64,000 nucleotides of DNA, taken from contig SXOB01000072.1 in the NCBI GenBank assembly GCA_005776945.1, forward strand, positions 25,337 to 89,336. The letters are read 5' to 3'. The stretch is from Pseudomonadota bacterium. Lineage in GTDB: Bacteria; Myxococcota_A; UBA796; GCA-2862545. Positions 33,065-45,203 of the stretch are shown here, in pieces. The position numbers were made by a program, and so were the translations under genes. The notes beneath the pieces are model-generated. The model searched no databases. It was not told where the DNA came from and saw only the letters and a program-made list of their open reading frames with translations. Within the stretch, counting starts at the first letter, position 1. Each line of letters starts with the position of its first letter.

Positions 33065-34840
33065 TCAGCCCGCGACGGCGACCAACGGTGGACGGGTGGA
33101 CGGCGGCGCGCCCAGATCACCGTCGATCAACTCGTGCGCGTAGCGGACGGCGGCCAGCGTACTGCTGTTCCGCGTGGTCCCTTCCAAGAACAACGGCGCC
33201 AACGCGTCGGTCAAGCGCGCGCGCCCGACGGCCTCGGCAAGCTCGGCCCGAACGCCGCACAACAACACCCGGACGCCTCGGTGACGGCACCGTTCCACGA
33301 ACTCGCCCAACATGTGGACGCTGACCGCGTCGGGATTTCGGACCCGCTTGGCCCGCAGCACGACGACGGAAACCTCACCGTTCAACCGCGCTTCGATCGC
33401 TTCGAGATGCTCCTCAAGGTCCGTCGCAGAGCCGAAAAAGAGCTCCCCTTCGAGGCCGAACATGAGCATCTTCGGGTCCGTGGCTTCGCCCGGATGACGA
33501 TCATGGATGACGCCGTCGGACGCGACGATGAACTCTGTGAACAACATGCGGCCGGCCCGTTGGACGGCGAGCAGCATGGACATCACCACGCCGATGATGA
33601 CGCAGAACTCGATGGACACAAGCACCGCCGAGAGCGCCGTCGCTGCCACGATGATCGCGTCCATCCGCGTCGTCCGGACGTGGAAGGCGAGGCCTTTCCA
33701 ATCGACCATCCGGTAGGAGGCGACGATCAGGATGCCAGCGAGGGTCGCTTTGGGGATGGTGCGCGCCAGCGGCCCGAACGCGACCACGATGCCGGCGACG
33801 CAGACCGCCGACACGACGCCCGCCCATTGCGTGGACCCGCCTGCCTGCTGGTTGATCGCCGATCGCGTCAGGCTGCCGCTGCCGGGGATCGCCTGGAACA
33901 TCGAGGCCGACAGGTTCGCGCACGCCTCCGCGAAACACTGCTGGTTCATGTCGAGCTTCTGCTTCGTCTGTTGGGCGATAGCCTTGGCCATCGAGATCGC
34001 TTCGAGCAGACCGAGGAGGCCGATCGCGAGGGCCGACGTCGACAGCTCGCGGACGAGCACCCAGTCGACGGCGGGCAGCGCGAAACTTGGGAGCCGCGCT
34101 GGGATCTCCCCAACGATCCGTACGCCGTGCGCGTCGAGCCCGTAGTGGCTCGTCACACCCGCCATGATGAGGACGGTGAGCAGGAGGTCCGGCAACAGCG
34201 GCGTGCCGATCAGTCGCTTGAGACCTCGCAGCGCCAGCAGAAGCGCGATGGTCGCCGCGCCCACTTGCAGCGTCATCATGTGCACCGGACCGCCGTGCAT
34301 CATCGTCTCCGCGAAGCGGAGGATGAAGTGGTCGTGCGGGTCGCCCTTCGCCGTGAACCCAAACAGGTTCTTGAGCTGGTCGAGCACGAGGAGCGCGCTG
34401 GCGCCGACCGTGAAGCCGATGATGACGCTGTGGCTGATGTACCGCGACAGATCACCCAGCCGGAGCAGCGAGATCACGAGCTGGAAGGCGCCGATGAGCA
34501 GTGCCATCAGGATCGCCGCTTCGAGGTGGCGCTCCGGGGGCACGAGCGCCAGCGCGCTCAGAATCGCAATCGAAATGGCGTTGGTCGGGCCGTTGATCAA
34601 CTGGCGGGACGAATCGAGGACCGCGCCCACGGCCGTCATCACGATCGCCGTGTAGAGCCCGTGCTCGGGGGGCACGCCCGCGACCATGGCGTAGGCGATG
34701 GCTTGGGGTACTGCGACCGTCGCGACGGTGGCCCCAGCGACCAGATCCGATCGCGCGTCCTTCACGGAGTAGGTCCGCAGCGTCGCGAGCGCGGGGATCA
34801 CGCGCATCAGCCAGGGGGTGGAGGCGCCGACACTCGCCAT
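33065..34840 (-). CDS. SulP-family anion permease with a C-terminal STAS domain
   Basis: DLVAGATVATVAVPQAIAYAMVAGVPPEHGLYTAIV is the SulP signature region, followed by about 10-12 TM segments. The C-terminal ..VVLRAKRVRNPDAVSVHMLGEFVERCRHRGVRVLLCGV.. is STAS-like. Confidence 0.9.
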   Translation of the reverse strand: MASVGASTPWLMRVIPALATLRTYSVKDARSDLVAGATVATVAVPQAIAYAMVAGVPPEHGLYTAIVMTAVGAVLDSSRQLINGPTNAISIAILSALALVPPERHLEAAILMALLIGAFQLVISLLRLGDLSRYISHSVIIGFTVGASALLVLDQLKNLFGFTAKGDPHDHFILRFAETMMHGGPVHMMTLQVGAATIALLLALRGLKRLIGTPLLPDLLLTVLIMAGVTSHYGLDAHGVRIVGEIPARLPSFALPAVDWVLVRELSTSALAIGLLGLLEAISMAKAIAQQTKQKLDMNQQCFAEACANLSASMFQAIPGSGSLTRSAINQQAGGSTQWAGVVSAVCVAGIVVAFGPLARTIPKATLAGILIVASYRMVDWKGLAFHVRTTRMDAIIVAATALSAVLVSIEFCVIIGVVMSMLLAVQRAGRMLFTEFIVASDGVIHDRHPGEATDPKMLMFGLEGELFFGSATDLEEHLEAIEARLNGEVSVVVLRAKRVRNPDAVSVHMLGEFVERCRHRGVRVLLCGVRAELAEAVGRARLTDALAPLFLEGTTRNSSTLAAVRYAHELIDGDLGAPPSTRPPLVAVAG

Positions 34841-34901
34841 ACGGCCGCCTAACCAGCGGCACTGCTCCCCCGGAAGCCTGGGGCCCGCAGATCCGCCAAC
34901 G

Positions 34902-38171
<3,270 letters not shown>

Positions 38172-38190
38172 GGCCCCTCCGGGAGGGGCC
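38172..38190 (-). promoter_or_regulatory. GC hairpin that contains the Shine-Dalgarno of the YyaL-NHL gene and abuts its GTG
   Basis: The mRNA sense reads GGCCCCUCC-C-GGAGGGGCC-GUG. The 9-nt arms are perfectly complementary (effective stem about 7 bp). The 3' arm is the only SD-like sequence. The hairpin also sits 35 nt after the upstream barrel gene. Confidence 0.4.
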
Positions 38191-38225
38191 GCGCGTAACC
38201 AGCAGGCCGCTTGGAACGGCCAACC

Positions 38226-38921
38226 TCAGAAGTGGAAGCCGAAGATCGTCCGCCAGCTGGGAGAAATCGACCCCCCTTCCAAGGGCAGGACCAGCGGGAC
38301 CGTCGTCGCGACCCACCACCCCGAGCTGGCCCAGGAGGCCGACGGGCCGACGGCGAGCTCGATCTCGTCGAATTCGCCGTCGATCAGGACGAGTTCCTGC
38401 TTGGCCTCGATGCCGAGCGAGGTCGTCGGGGTCGTGCGCCACGCCACCGCGCCCAACACCTCCTCGACGACTTCCATCTCGGTCGCGCCCGCCGCGTGCG
38501 AACGCCCGACCTCTCCTACGAGGTTGGCCGCAACGATGACGTTGTCGGACATCGCGTCCACGAGCAACTTGAGCTCGCCCGCCTCCGCCGTGGGCTCGAG
38601 CTTCACCTCACCGTACAGCGCGAGACCGATCGGCTTCTCGGCGCGCGAAAGCAGGTTGAGCTTCCACTCGGACGCGATGCCGTCGTAGTCGAAGCCGGTG
38701 CTCGAGCCGGAGAACTTGATGTAGAGGGCCGTCTGCAGGTCGTTCGTCAGAGCGCCCTCGAATTCCAGCCGGTGCGCGAAGTCCAGGCCGCCAGCGCCAT
38801 CGCCCTTGATCGTCGTCCAAGGCTCGATTTCCGCCGTTCCCGCGGGAAGGACGTCGGTCTCGTAGATGGTGGTGAAGTGCCGTTCGTTGGCGACGGCGGC
38901 AACGCTCAGTGCCCAGAACAT
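38226..38921 (-). CDS. Outer-membrane beta-barrel protein, function unknown
   Basis: GGAGGA upstream of the ATG. Signal peptide MFWALSVAAVA. Amphipathic strand pattern. C-terminal ..WRTIFGFHF ends in an aromatic residue. Confidence 0.7.
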   Translation of the reverse strand: MFWALSVAAVANERHFTTIYETDVLPAGTAEIEPWTTIKGDGAGGLDFAHRLEFEGALTNDLQTALYIKFSGSSTGFDYDGIASEWKLNLLSRAEKPIGLALYGEVKLEPTAEAGELKLLVDAMSDNVIVAANLVGEVGRSHAAGATEMEVVEEVLGAVAWRTTPTTSLGIEAKQELVLIDGEFDEIELAVGPSASWASSGWWVATTVPLVLPLEGGSISPSWRTIFGFHF

Positions 38922-38937
38922 CGTTCCTCCAATCGAA

Positions 38938-38956
38938 AGTGATAATCAATTTCACT
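38938..38956. promoter_or_regulatory. AT-rich 19-bp palindrome, Fur/Zur-box-like, in a divergent promoter region
   Basis: AGTGATAATCAATTTCACT has 5-nt perfect arms (AGTGA/TCACT) around an A/T core containing GATAAT. It is the most AT-rich non-coding stretch I noticed in the window. A second palindrome, CGCGTTAACGCG, lies at 38962-38973. Confidence 0.35.
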
Positions 38957-38990
38957 ACCGGCGCGTTAACGCGACCACGGGAGGTGACAA

Positions 38991-39536
38991 GTGGCGCTAC
39001 TTCTCGCCGCGCTCGCGTTGGCCGCCGACGCCCCGCCGGAGCACGTCGCCGCCTTCATTCAGGCCGCATTCCCAGACGCGACCGAAGCGACGCCAGATTC
39101 AAGAACGCTGGATGCGGCCGCCCAAGAGCGGCTCCGTGAGGTCCTCGGCAAGCGCGTTGACCCCGAGGTCGACCTGCACCGCATCGCGCGTGGCGCCAAC
39201 GCGCTCGGCTACGTCCTCATCGACGATCAGCTCGGCCAGCACGAGCCGATCACCTACGCGCTTGCCTTCGACGCGGAAGGCACCGTGCTGTTGCACGACG
39301 TGCTCGTGTACCGGGAGGCCTTCGGTGAAGGCATCCGCGACCCCCGGTTCCGCAATCAGTTCGTCGGCAAGCGCCACGGCGACGGATTCGCGCTCGGCCG
39401 CGACATCAAGATCGTGTCGGGCGCCACGGTGTCGAGCAAGGCGATGGCCGTCGGCGTCCGCCGGGGAGCCGCCATCATGGCCGAGCTTCTTGCAGACGCA
39501 CCCGAAGGCCCTTCGGTCGCCGCCCCAGTTCCGTAG
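38991..39536 (+). CDS. Exported FMN-binding-domain protein (ApbE flavinylation substrate)
   Basis: GTG 6 nt after GGGAGG. Short signal peptide VALLLAALALAADA. FMN_bind-type C-terminus with the flavinylation motif DIKIVSGATVSSKA. Confidence 0.75.
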   Translation: MALLLAALALAADAPPEHVAAFIQAAFPDATEATPDSRTLDAAAQERLREVLGKRVDPEVDLHRIARGANALGYVLIDDQLGQHEPITYALAFDAEGTVLLHDVLVYREAFGEGIRDPRFRNQFVGKRHGDGFALGRDIKIVSGATVSSKAMAVGVRRGAAIMAELLADAPEGPSVAAPVP

Positions 39537-40395
39537 GCGGGCCGCTTTCGGGCCAGACGAGCGCCCAGGCGCCAAGGGCATCGACTGCGCTGCCGTCGGG
39601 TCCCAAGACGAGGAGCGCCGTCGCCAGCGCGTCGGCCACAGCACCCTCCTCGTCGACGACCGTGGCCGCGATCGCGCCCGACGACGGCCGTCCGGTGCGC
39701 GGGTCGATGACATGGTGGACCCGACGACCCTCGGAGAATGCAGCGTCCGCGTAGTCGCCCGACGTCGACAAACAGGTGTCCCGCAGCCTCACCCGGGCCG
39801 CGAAGCCGTCGCCCCGGGGCGCGACGACATGGACCCAAAACGTCCCGCGAACGCAGAGGTCGCCGCTGACGTCCACGACGCCACGATGGGGTCCAAGCTC
39901 TGCCCGTGCCTCGTGCGCGGCGTACCCTTGGGCAATCCCGCCGAAACCGACCTCGGTCCCGGGCTCGACCCTCCACCCCTCTCCGTCGCGATGCACGTGC
40001 GACCAACCTACCCGCGCCCGAGCCTCGTCGACGGCCGCGTCCGCGGGCCAGCTCCCGTCGCGCGGCCATACGGCGAGCAGCGGGCGGACGGTGGGGTCAA
40101 AGGCCCCATGGGTGGCGCCATGGACGCGCTGGGTGGCGTCGCCAAGGGCCACCAACTCGGGCGACGGTGCGACCGTTTCCCCCGCGTTCAATCGCACCAC
40201 CGGGGCGCCTGGCACCCAGTCCGTGACCGCCGCTTCGATGGCCTCCACGCGCGACCGAGCCGCCAAGGCCGCCGTTCGCGCCTCCGCGGGGGGCCCCGAC
40301 GCGACGAACACGGCGACCTCGCCGCCCATGGCGGCGCCGTTGACGACCGCGCCGCGCGCCCCGCAGCCGATCAGCGCGAAGGCGAGGACGACCAC
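39475..40395 (-). CDS. apbE: FAD:protein FMN transferase (ApbE family) lipoprotein
   Basis: MVVLAFALIGCG carries a lipobox. ApbE blocks: GAFDPTV, FGGIAQGYA, VDVSGDL, STSGDY, HHVIDPRTG, ADALATAL. Its 3' end overlaps the convergent FMN_bind gene by 62 nt. Confidence 0.85.
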   Translation of the reverse strand: MVVLAFALIGCGARGAVVNGAAMGGEVAVFVASGPPAEARTAALAARSRVEAIEAAVTDWVPGAPVVRLNAGETVAPSPELVALGDATQRVHGATHGAFDPTVRPLLAVWPRDGSWPADAAVDEARARVGWSHVHRDGEGWRVEPGTEVGFGGIAQGYAAHEARAELGPHRGVVDVSGDLCVRGTFWVHVVAPRGDGFAARVRLRDTCLSTSGDYADAAFSEGRRVHHVIDPRTGRPSSGAIAATVVDEEGAVADALATALLVLGPDGSAVDALGAWALVWPESGPPTELGRRPKGLRVRLQEARP

Positions 40396-40871
40396 AGCTC
40401 AGGCAGCGGCCACAACGCCATTCCCACCATGCCGATCAGCATCGGCCAAGCGGTGACGGCCATCACCCAGCCGGGCGCTCCGCTGAACACCCACCACGGC
40501 GCCATGATGTGGGCGAGAAGAAAGGCCCCGGTCCCGAACACCCAGACTTCCTTCGCGCGCCCTCCGCGCGCGAGCAGGAAGAGGTGGGACAACACAAGGT
40601 AGAGCATCGGCTGCGTGAACAGGTGGAAGTGCGTCTGTTCGAGCATCTGGTGCACCGACCTTGGCACCTTGATGTCCACGGCCTCGGGGTCCCCCTCGTT
40701 GCCAAGGTAGGACTCCACCGCGTTCGAGCCATCCCAGCCCGCAAGGTCCGTGTAGAGGGCCACGCTGGTCATGAAGGCCATCAGCGTGAACAGCAGAAAC
40801 ACCCCGTACAGCCGGCGGCTTGCGGCCGGCAATTTCGACAGGGACCCGCCAGACGCCTGAAATACCCGCAC
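40371..40871 (-). CDS. Four-TM membrane protein with intramembrane His residues, family not recognised
   Basis: GTG at 40871 is my choice (GAGG upstream). TM segments: LYGVFLLFTLMAFMTSVALY, THFHLFTQPMLYLVLSHLFLL, VWVFGTGAFLLAHIMAPWWVF, WVMAVTAWPMLIGMVGMALW. It overlaps the apbE start by 25 nt. Confidence 0.6.
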   Translation of the reverse strand: MRVFQASGGSLSKLPAASRRLYGVFLLFTLMAFMTSVALYTDLAGWDGSNAVESYLGNEGDPEAVDIKVPRSVHQMLEQTHFHLFTQPMLYLVLSHLFLLARGGRAKEVWVFGTGAFLLAHIMAPWWVFSGAPGWVMAVTAWPMLIGMVGMALWPLPELWSSSPSR

Positions 40872-40891
40872 GTCCGCCTCGGCCCAGCCGC

Positions 40892-42466
40892 CTAACCCCT
40901 CGCGGCGGCCGGGCGTGCAGGCACGGCGATGGTGCGGTGAACCAGTCCAGCTACCGCCGGGTCGTGGCTGACGAGGAGGACGGTCCGTCCCGCCGCCGCG
41001 CCGAGCCACCGCGCCACGCGCTCCAAGGCACCGCGACCGGCGGGTTCATCGAGCACGACGACCCTGGGGTCGCCGACCAACGCCCGCGCCATCGCCACCG
41101 CCTGCCGTTCGCTTTCCCCAAGGTCGCGGCCGCCGGCCCCGACGCGCCGTTGAGGGTCGCCAGCGTAGCCAGCCGCGGCGAGCGCAGCGGCGACCGCAGC
41201 CGCGTCGACGTCTCGGTCCATGACCACGGCTTCGGCGACGGTCCCGTCGGCCAAAACGGGGTCCTGCGGCACCCAGGCGAACTCGCGCCGCCAGGCGGAA
41301 CCCGGCGACGCACCTGCCGCCACGCCACCCCACGCGACCTCGCCCGCGGCCGCCGGCCACAGGCCCATGAGCGTCTCGACGAGCGTGGTTTTTCCGGCCC
41401 CCGAGGGCCCCATGATGGCGACGTGTTCGCCGGGCGCCACCTGGCCGTCGTCCCAGCCCAACCGGGTGTCGCCCCGCTGAACCTGGAGGCCCCGCCAGCT
41501 CAGCGCCCCGTCGGTCTGGGGGACGGCAGCGGTCTCCCGAGAGTACGACGCGACCAACCGCCCGATCAGCGCCTCGAAGCCAACCACAAAGGGCCAGTTC
41601 TCGACCGCACGTTGCGCTGCATTTTGGGCGACGGCGAGCTGGCGCAGCGCCGTGAGCACGACGACCTGAACGCCCACGGCCGCCATTTCGGGCCGCCAGG
41701 CGAAGGCCGCCAGCGCCACCCAGATCACCGTCGTCACGAAGATCGAACGGCTGATCGCGACCCAGATTCGCCCCTCCGCGCGCAGCGGTCCAAGGGCGGC
41801 GCCGCGGTCGAGCACGCCCTCGACGGTCCGATCGACGACCGAGACCCCCCGCAGATCGTCGACCTGCTCGACCCACTGCGCCACTTCGTGGCCATGCCGC
41901 TGCAACTGGTCCTTGAGCGCCACCGTCGCGCGCACGACCCGCGTCCGGGCCCACCGTGCGCCAACGAGGCCGACGGCGACGCCAACGAGCAACAGGCCAA
42001 CGATCTGCGGGTCGACGGCCGCCGCCACCGCGAGCGCGACCATGGCCGACATCGTCGCGGCGACCGCTTCGCTTGTCGCACGAACCCACCGCGTCCGACG
42101 GACGATGCCCTCGCCAAGCGCCGCGGGCAGTTCGTTGCGCCGTACCGCCGTCTGTTCCGACCAATCTGCCTTGAGAAAGGCCCCGAGCAAGCGGGTCCGG
42201 GACCGCTTTTCGAAGCCCGCGAAACCGGCGGCGGCGATTCGGCCCTCGACGAGATCCAGCGCCAGCCGAAGCGCCAAGGGCAACGCGACCCACCCGGCCC
42301 ACGAGGCGCCCGCTTGGCCCGACGCCGCCGCATCGAACCACGCCGTCAAACGCAGCAGCCCCTCCGCTTCCGCCCGCGCAGCGAGGCCGGCAATCAGCGC
42401 GACCGGCACGAGCCAGCGCAGTTCGACGGCCACGACCGAGCGAGGCACTCGACCCCCTAGGGGCAA
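40892..42466 (-). CDS. ABC exporter half-transporter (TMD-NBD), CydDC-like; canonical Walker A/B and H-loop but a degenerate signature motif
   Basis: GPSGAGKTT, WVPQDP, VVVLDEP and LLVSHD are present. The signature reads LGESERQ instead of LSGGQ. The N-terminal half has 5-6 TM segments. Confidence 0.8.
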   Translation of the reverse strand: MPLGGRVPRSVVAVELRWLVPVALIAGLAARAEAEGLLRLTAWFDAAASGQAGASWAGWVALPLALRLALDLVEGRIAAAGFAGFEKRSRTRLLGAFLKADWSEQTAVRRNELPAALGEGIVRRTRWVRATSEAVAATMSAMVALAVAAAVDPQIVGLLLVGVAVGLVGARWARTRVVRATVALKDQLQRHGHEVAQWVEQVDDLRGVSVVDRTVEGVLDRGAALGPLRAEGRIWVAISRSIFVTTVIWVALAAFAWRPEMAAVGVQVVVLTALRQLAVAQNAAQRAVENWPFVVGFEALIGRLVASYSRETAAVPQTDGALSWRGLQVQRGDTRLGWDDGQVAPGEHVAIMGPSGAGKTTLVETLMGLWPAAAGEVAWGGVAAGASPGSAWRREFAWVPQDPVLADGTVAEAVVMDRDVDAAAVAAALAAAGYAGDPQRRVGAGGRDLGESERQAVAMARALVGDPRVVVLDEPAGRGALERVARWLGAAAGRTVLLVSHDPAVAGLVHRTIAVPARPAAARG

Positions 42467-42502
42467 TACCCCATGGGCCCCCTGGCGACATAGCGGGCGA
42501 CG

Positions 42503-44068
42503 TTGCGCACCTCACTCGCCACCCTGCGACGCCTCGCCCCCCTTGGCCCACCGGACGTCGTCCTGCTCGCCGCCCTGTCCGCGACGGCCGCGGCCAGCGA
42601 GGTTTTCGCCGCTGGCACCCTGGCAGCCGCCGTGCGGGGGGGTGACGTCCCCTTCCTCGGCCAGCTCGACCGTTCGATGTTGCTCGCGTTCGCCGCGGCT
42701 GCCGTAGGGGTCCGTTCGGTCGCGTCGATCGCGGACGTCGTCGCGAGCAACGCCGTCGCCCGAACCTTGGAAGGGCGCTGGCGCACTCGCCTGCTTCGCG
42801 CTGTCGCACAAACCTCCGAACCGCCAGCCCCCGCCGATCTGACGCACCTGACGACCGTCGTCTCCGGGCAACTCCACCAAGTTGTCGCGTCGGCGGCGGT
42901 CGCAGCGAGTGCCGCCGTCCATTGTGGCCTGCTCCTCGTCGCAGCGGCGCTCACGCGGCCAGGGGCTGTCCCCATCGGCGTCGCGCTCATCGTCGTGCTC
43001 GCTGCCCTGCCTCGCGCGTTGCGGGCCAAATCGCGCGCGCTGTCCGCGCGGCGTGCAGTCGCCGAGCGCGCGCTTGCCGTTCAGGTGGATGAGACGTTGG
43101 GGCTGGCGCGCGAAATCCGCCTCGCCGACACCGCCAGCCGGGTCCAGGCCCGCCTCGACGTCGCGATGACCCGCCTGCAGAGCTTGCGACGGCGCGCATG
43201 GTGGTACGGCCGCGTGGCGTCCGACCTCGCGCTTGGTCTTGCCCCCCTCGCCGTGGTGGCCGCCATCGCGGTCGGCCTCGCGTGGGGTGCCGACCTCGAC
43301 GCCGCCTCGCTTGCGACCGCGCTACTCGCCCTGCGCGCCGCTCAGGCTGGCAACGCCGCGCTGGCGGCGTGGCACCTCGTCGAAGAGGCCCTGCCGGTCG
43401 CCGACGCGATCCGCACCGCCACCGAGGCGGCCGAGGCGTCCGTCGTTCGCCCTCCGGAGGTTGCCCGCGCTTCCACGCCCGGCCTCCGACTCGACGCCCT
43501 CGTCCCCCGCGAGGGCCTTCCATCCTGGACCGCCCACCTTCACGGACCCCGCCTCGCCGTCCTCGAGGGGCCGGCCGGCTGCGGCAAAACGTCCCTGCTT
43601 CGGGTCCTGACGGGTTCGCTCACCCCCGCCAGCGGCACCTTCGCCCTCGAATGTCCTGCGGGTCAAGCGGTTGTGTCCATCCCAGCACGCGTCGGTCTGC
43701 TTGGCGCGACCCTCGCCGAGGAGATCGACGCCCACCGCGGGCTGCCGATCGAGGCCCTTCGCACCGCTGCCGATCGCGCAGGCCTCGCGACGTGGCCGCT
43801 CGACCGGCCCGTCACCACAGCCACGGTCTCCGGGGGCGAGCGCCAGCGCATCGGCTTCGCGCGGGCCCTGGCGACGCGACCCGCGATCTTGCTCCTCGAC
43901 GACCCGCTCCGCGGCCTCGACCCCGACCGGAGGAGCGCCCTGTTGGACACGTTGTCCTTTCTCGCCCGCGAAGTGCTCGTCGTCGTCGCAAGCGGCGATT
44001 CCGACCTACGGGCTCAGGCGACGGCGTCCCTCAGCCCCGATCGCGCTCCGGGTAGTCCAACCGCTTGA
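42503..44068 (+). CDS. ABC exporter half-transporter (TMD-NBD); canonical signature but degenerate Walker B, H-loop and Q-loop
   Basis: GPAGCGKTS and VSGGERQRIGFARAL are present. Walker B is ILLLDDP (Asp where the catalytic Glu should be). VVVASGD has no H-loop His. It is divergent from the other half with a 36-nt gap. Confidence 0.8.
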   Translation: MRTSLATLRRLAPLGPPDVVLLAALSATAAASEVFAAGTLAAAVRGGDVPFLGQLDRSMLLAFAAAAVGVRSVASIADVVASNAVARTLEGRWRTRLLRAVAQTSEPPAPADLTHLTTVVSGQLHQVVASAAVAASAAVHCGLLLVAAALTRPGAVPIGVALIVVLAALPRALRAKSRALSARRAVAERALAVQVDETLGLAREIRLADTASRVQARLDVAMTRLQSLRRRAWWYGRVASDLALGLAPLAVVAAIAVGLAWGADLDAASLATALLALRAAQAGNAALAAWHLVEEALPVADAIRTATEAAEASVVRPPEVARASTPGLRLDALVPREGLPSWTAHLHGPRLAVLEGPAGCGKTSLLRVLTGSLTPASGTFALECPAGQAVVSIPARVGLLGATLAEEIDAHRGLPIEALRTAADRAGLATWPLDRPVTTATVSGGERQRIGFARALATRPAILLLDDPLRGLDPDRRSALLDTLSFLAREVLVVVASGDSDLRAQATASLSPDRAPGSPTA

Positions 44069-45203
44069 TGTAGCGTCTACGGCCGACAAGGGCGGCGGCG
44101 ACGCGCGCCGACACGTGCCCATCTCCATAGAGCGTACTCGCCGGCCAAGGCCCGTGGGCCACCCCTGCCCGCATCGCGCCGGCGACGCCAGATGCGCTGG
44201 CGTCCACCCGGGTGACGTGGGCGTCCCGCTCGCGACCGTCCTGCCTTGCACCCACGAGCACGACCGGCGTGCCAAAGCAGGAGGCATCGCGAACGAAGCT
44301 CGACGAATTCCCCACGGCCACCGCGGCTCCGCCCAACGCGCGCAGGTAGTCCTCGGGCGTCAGATTCGTCAGCGTCCGCAACCAGTCTGGCCGCACGCGG
44401 TCGCGCCAGGTGCGAATCACCTTGCTCACGGCGTTGCTGCCCGCGTCGATGTTGGGCCAAAGCAGGACGGTCGGCATCGCGACGTCCTGGAGCGCGGCCA
44501 GGACCTCGGACATCTGCCGCCGCTCGTCGCCGAACTCGGTGCTGTCGGGGTGAAAGACGCAAAGGGCGTAGGGCCGCGACGGGTCGATGGAGGCGCCGGC
44601 ACCCGAGCGGTCGAAGAGGTCGCGCGGAGCACGCCGGTCCAGCTGGCGAGCGAGGTCGACGGACGGGCACCCAACGGCCAGGATGCTGTCTGGCCGCTCG
44701 CCCATGCGCACGAGGTAGTCGGCGGCACGTTGGGTCGCCGGCACGTGCCAGTGGGCGAACTTGGAGATGGCGTGGCGGGCGGACTCGTCGACGGAGCCCG
44801 AAACCTCGCCCCCCTGAAGGTGGACGAGGCAGTGGTTGCCGTAGCCGGCCGCAAGCGCGGCCCCGAGCGCCTCGTAGCGGTCGCCGATGAGCAGCACGAC
44901 GTCGGGGTCGTTGCGCCGGAACTCCGTCGCGAATTCGAGCACGTGAAGGCCGAGGCTCCGCGCCATCGTCGTCGGATGGCTGCCCTCGAGTTCGCCGTAG
45001 ATCTCGGCGACGACGTCAAAGCCGTCGTCCGCGACCACCCGCGCGGTCCGGTCGAAGCGGTCGAGCACCATCGAGCCGGCACACACCACCTGTTGGACGA
45101 GGTCGTCCCGTGCGGCGATCGCTGACATCACGGGCTTCATTCGACCGTAGTTGGCCCGATCGACGAGGACCGTCAGCACGCGTGTCGGTTCAGACAAGGA
45201 CAT
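44031..45203 (-). CDS. neuC: UDP-N-acetylglucosamine 2-epimerase (hydrolysing), NeuC family
   Basis: LLIGDRYEALGAALAAGYGNHCLVHLQGGEVSGSVDESARHAISKFAHWH is the NeuC-type epimerase core, and ..GNSSSFVRDASCFGTPVVLVG.. matches the C-terminal domain. Confidence 0.8.
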   Translation of the reverse strand: MSLSEPTRVLTVLVDRANYGRMKPVMSAIAARDDLVQQVVCAGSMVLDRFDRTARVVADDGFDVVAEIYGELEGSHPTTMARSLGLHVLEFATEFRRNDPDVVLLIGDRYEALGAALAAGYGNHCLVHLQGGEVSGSVDESARHAISKFAHWHVPATQRAADYLVRMGERPDSILAVGCPSVDLARQLDRRAPRDLFDRSGAGASIDPSRPYALCVFHPDSTEFGDERRQMSEVLAALQDVAMPTVLLWPNIDAGSNAVSKVIRTWRDRVRPDWLRTLTNLTPEDYLRALGGAAVAVGNSSSFVRDASCFGTPVVLVGARQDGRERDAHVTRVDASASGVAGAMRAGVAHGPWPASTLYGDGHVSARVAAALVGRRRYIKRLDYPERDRG

